A program made the translations under genes and the position numbers. Of a stretch of 1,071 nucleotides of DNA, positions 1-1,071 are shown piece after piece (positions within the stretch are counted from its first letter, which is position 1; every line of letters starts with the position of its first letter). The notes beneath the pieces are model-generated. The model searched no databases and had not been told where the DNA came from. It saw only the letters and a list, made by a program, of their open reading frames with translations. The stretch lies in the NCBI GenBank assembly GCA_000004985.1, contig GG739581.1; one strand, given 5' to 3'. The stretch comes from Naegleria gruberi. Its lineage: Eukaryota.

Positions 1-106
1 CAATCTCTTTAGATACTGATTCTCTTACTCCCTTAAAAATCTCGGAACAATAAGGTAAATCAAAGAAACTCTGCGTTCGCGTGTTCGCCTCTTGATAAAC
101 GACTAG

Positions 107-123
107 TTTTTTTTGAGCTTGTT
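107..123 (+). repeat. Copy 1 of a recurring motif: T-run followed by GAG(C/A)TTGTT (T8 GAGCTTGTT). Copy 2 is at 349-363.
   Basis: Read directly. TTTTTTGAGCTTGTT (109-123) matches TTTTTTGAGATTGTT (349-363) at 14 of 15 positions, with a 240-bp offset. Flanks are unrelated. The 5S terminator region TTTTTTATACTTGTC (676-690) is loosely similar. Confidence 0.4.
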
Positions 124-348
124 CAATAGAGAGAACGTAGTCTAAGGATGCTTTGTGGAGAGAAGTTTTGAAGCGTAATTTTACTTTAAAAAAATTACGA
201 TCGGGGAGAGATGAAATAAATTCTTTCAAGACTTGTCCTTCTTAAGAAAAGTCAATGTGTTGCGAAGAATTTTACATACGGTTGGGTTTCTGGTGGTATA
301 CATCATGATGTGTATTAAGCATTCGAAATATTTTCAAATATTATGCTC

Positions 349-363
349 TTTTTTGAGATTGTT
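349..363 (+). repeat. Copy 2 of the T-run + GAGATTGTT motif
   Basis: See copy 1. It could be a Pol III-type T-run terminator or just a short dispersed motif. No recognisable gene lies upstream of it. Confidence 0.4.
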
Positions 364-476
364 GGATGTTCCTAAGTCAAAAAGGTGTAAAGGAGAAGTA
401 ACTTGTTTATAATTTGGGACATGCGAATACTTGCAATATTGTTTCTCATAAATGATTTGGAAACGAAAAAGGATCA

Positions 477-535
477 AACTGGTTTATAGTGAAAGAGGAC
501 CCATAATAAGAAAGGAGGTTTAAATTGGTTTATAT
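477..535 (+). repeat. Imperfect direct repeat AAACTGGTTTATA (477-489) and AAATTGGTTTATA (523-535), 46 bp apart, immediately upstream of the 5S gene
   Basis: Read directly: 12 of 13 positions are identical. The second copy overlaps the TATA-like element. Confidence 0.5.
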
Positions 536-537
536 TT
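530..537 (+). promoter_or_regulatory. TATA-like upstream element (TTATATTT) at about -28 to -21 of the 5S gene
   Basis: An AT-rich TATA-like box about 25-30 bp upstream of +1 is a known requirement for 5S transcription in several invertebrates and fungi (established knowledge). Only the position and sequence were read here. AT-rich context makes chance occurrence plausible. Confidence 0.4.
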
Positions 538-557
538 CGCAAATTAAGACATTAAAT

Positions 558-675
558 GGCTACGGCCATATCACGATTCATGCACCTCATCCCGTCCGAT
601 TTGAGAAGTTAAGCATCGTCGAGCCACATCAGTACTGAGGTTGGAGACAACTTGGGAACCTGTGGTGCTGTAGTC
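558..675 (+). rRNA. 5S ribosomal RNA gene, about 118 nt, apparently intact
   Basis: Read directly: GGCTACGGCCATATCACGATTCATGCACCTCATCCCGTCCGATTTGAGAAGTTAAGCATCGTCGAGCCACATCAGTACTGAGGTTGGAGACAACTTGGGAACCTGTGGTGCTGTAGTC. It carries the universally conserved 5S blocks: CCGTCCGAT (loop C region), AAGTTAAGC (box A region), AGTACT (loop E region) and TGGGAAC. The 5' GGCUACGG pairs with the 3' CUGUAGUC to form helix I, including G-U pairs. The length is within about 2 nt of the canonical ~120 nt. A T-run follows immediately. From memory it most resembles metazoan and especially nematode 5S, but the taxon is uncertain. Boundaries are +/-2 nt. Confidence 0.92.
607..654 (+). promoter_or_regulatory. Expected internal control region of a type-1 Pol III promoter (box A, intermediate element, box C; TFIIIA-binding region)
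   Basis: The position is inferred from the canonical layout of 5S genes, with box A at about +50 to +64 and box C at about +80 to +97 relative to +1 at 558. The sequence there (AGTTAAGCATCGTCG ... GAGGTTGGAGACAACTTG) includes the conserved AAGTTAAGC block. No independent sequence evidence supports this beyond the 5S homology. Confidence 0.55.
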
Positions 676-695
676 TTTTTTATACTTGTCTTTTT
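676..695 (+). terminator. RNA polymerase III terminator: T6 run at 676-681 directly after the 5S 3' end, plus a backup T5 run at 691-695
   Basis: The sequence is ...CTGTAGTC TTTTTT ATACTTGTC TTTTT AAAAC. Pol III terminates at runs of four or more T on the non-template strand (established knowledge). The position right after helix I of the 5S gene is as expected. Confidence 0.85.
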
Positions 696-792
696 AAAAC
701 TTTAATGATGGAAAAGTGTCACACAAGAAAAAACTTTCTCCAACTCTTATGGAGCATTTCACTCACATGGCTCAATGCAGCAAGAGAAGCCC

Positions 793-812
793 AATCCAAC
801 AAAATCCAACAA
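793..812 (+). repeat. Perfect 10-bp tandem duplication (AATCCAACAA) x2
   Basis: Read directly: positions 793-802 and 803-812 are both AATCCAACAA. Confidence 0.9.
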
Positions 813-1028
813 GGTCATCTTTGAATTGACTTGTTGGAGATTCTTCGTTGTTCGATTATTTAACAGAGCGAGAAATCATACCAGATGAATCCTCACAGGA
901 AAAAATTGAGAAGGAGGGCAACAACCACTTTGATTATTGACCAAATTCTGGTTAATAATCCTCTGGAGTGAAAAGAGGAGAGTTTCCAGATTCACATTTC
1001 AGTCTGCATGATCTCTGAAATGTCCTTC

Positions 1029-1039
1029 AAGGTAAGTAT
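1029..1039 (+). other. Consensus 5' splice-donor motif AAG|GTAAGTAT, possibly the exon/intron junction of a first exon or of an SL-RNA-like gene
   Basis: Read directly. CAAG|GTAAGTAT complements the U1 snRNA 5' end at about 9 contiguous positions. It is preceded by ATG ATC TCT GAA ATG TCC TTC AAG, in frame, with ATG codons at 1008 and 1020. A small hairpin (CTTCA/TGAAG) brackets the donor. The window ends 32 nt later, so nothing downstream is visible. Confidence 0.3.
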
Positions 1040-1071
1040 GAAGAAACCAAAGAGTGCAACTTCAAACAAAT

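Noticed and set aside
239-248. Perfect 10-bp palindrome TTCTTAAGAA
   Set aside because: Short palindromes are expected by chance in AT-rich DNA. There are no extended arms and no associated feature.
304-310. C-box-like ATGATGT (also ATGATGG at 705-711), suggesting C/D snoRNAs
   Set aside because: There is no properly spaced CTGA D box and no terminal stem within 60-120 nt on either strand. These are simply ATG-rich spots.
400-426. AACTTGTTTATAATTTGGGACATG, loosely like the 5S AACTTGGGAACCTG
   Set aside because: It requires an 8-nt insertion and has poor flanking similarity. It is indistinguishable from chance.
514-519. AGGAGG Shine-Dalgarno-like motif (AAAGGAGGTTTAAATTGG) upstream of the 5S gene
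   Set aside because: The context is eukaryotic, with a metazoan-type 5S gene and a Pol III T-run terminator. Ribosome-binding sites are not relevant, and no ORF with a start codon follows at the right spacing.
640-660. AACTTGGG inside the 5S gene is the reverse complement of CCCAAGTT from the nematode SL1 leader (both strands were searched for SL1)
   Set aside because: This is part of the conserved 5S helix IV/V region (GAGACAACTTGGGAACC). The full 22-nt SL1 sequence is absent on both strands, as is its reverse complement.
849-856. GTTCGATT, resembling a tRNA T-loop
   Set aside because: The flanking 5 nt do not form a T-stem (CGTTG versus ATTTA). No D-loop or acceptor-stem pairing is found around it on either strand.
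861-885. ACAGAGCGAGAAATCATACC, weakly reminiscent of the U6 snRNA ACAGAGAAGATTAGCATGGCC core
   Set aside because: Too many mismatches. The invariant U6 AGCA and 5' stem-loop context are absent, as is a downstream T-run.
1-1071. Prokaryotic-style systems (operons, defence islands, CRISPR, integrons, IS elements)
   Set aside because: The sequence is eukaryotic nuclear DNA. There are no repeat-spacer arrays, no long ORFs and no terminal inverted repeats. Nothing supports a prokaryotic or mobile-element interpretation.

Overview
This looks like AT-rich eukaryotic nuclear DNA (roughly one-third GC by eye), not a prokaryotic locus. Operon or defence-system logic therefore does not apply. The one feature I can support strongly is a complete 5S ribosomal RNA gene on the + strand at about 558-675. 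It has the hallmark 5S motifs (GGCTACGGCCATATCACG..., CATCCCGTCCGAT, GAAGTTAAGCA, AGTACT, TTGGGAACC, GGTGCTGTAGTC). Its 5' and 3' ends pair into helix I. A T6 RNA polymerase III terminator follows immediately (676-681), with a second T5 run 10 bp downstream. From memory the sequence most resembles metazoan 5S, closest to nematode 5S (shared CCATATCACG and CATCCCGTCCGAT blocks), but I cannot confirm the taxon. A TATA-like element (TATATTT) sits at about -27 to -21. A duplicated 13-bp motif lies upstream of the gene. A canonical 5' splice-donor consensus (CAAG|GTAAGTAT) occurs near the window end (1029-1039). A weaker, similar motif (TAAG|GTAAAT) occurs near the start (52-60). 5S repeats are linked to spliced-leader (SL) RNA genes in several lineages, so these could be SL-RNA-like genes or first exons, but no known SL sequence or clear Sm site is present, so this stays speculative. 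There are no long ORFs on the + strand in the 3' half that I scanned; elsewhere, and on the - strand, stop-codon-forming triplets are dense but I did not scan every frame. The only ORFs I found are short (<=40 codons). I see no tRNA, CRISPR array or mobile-element signature.
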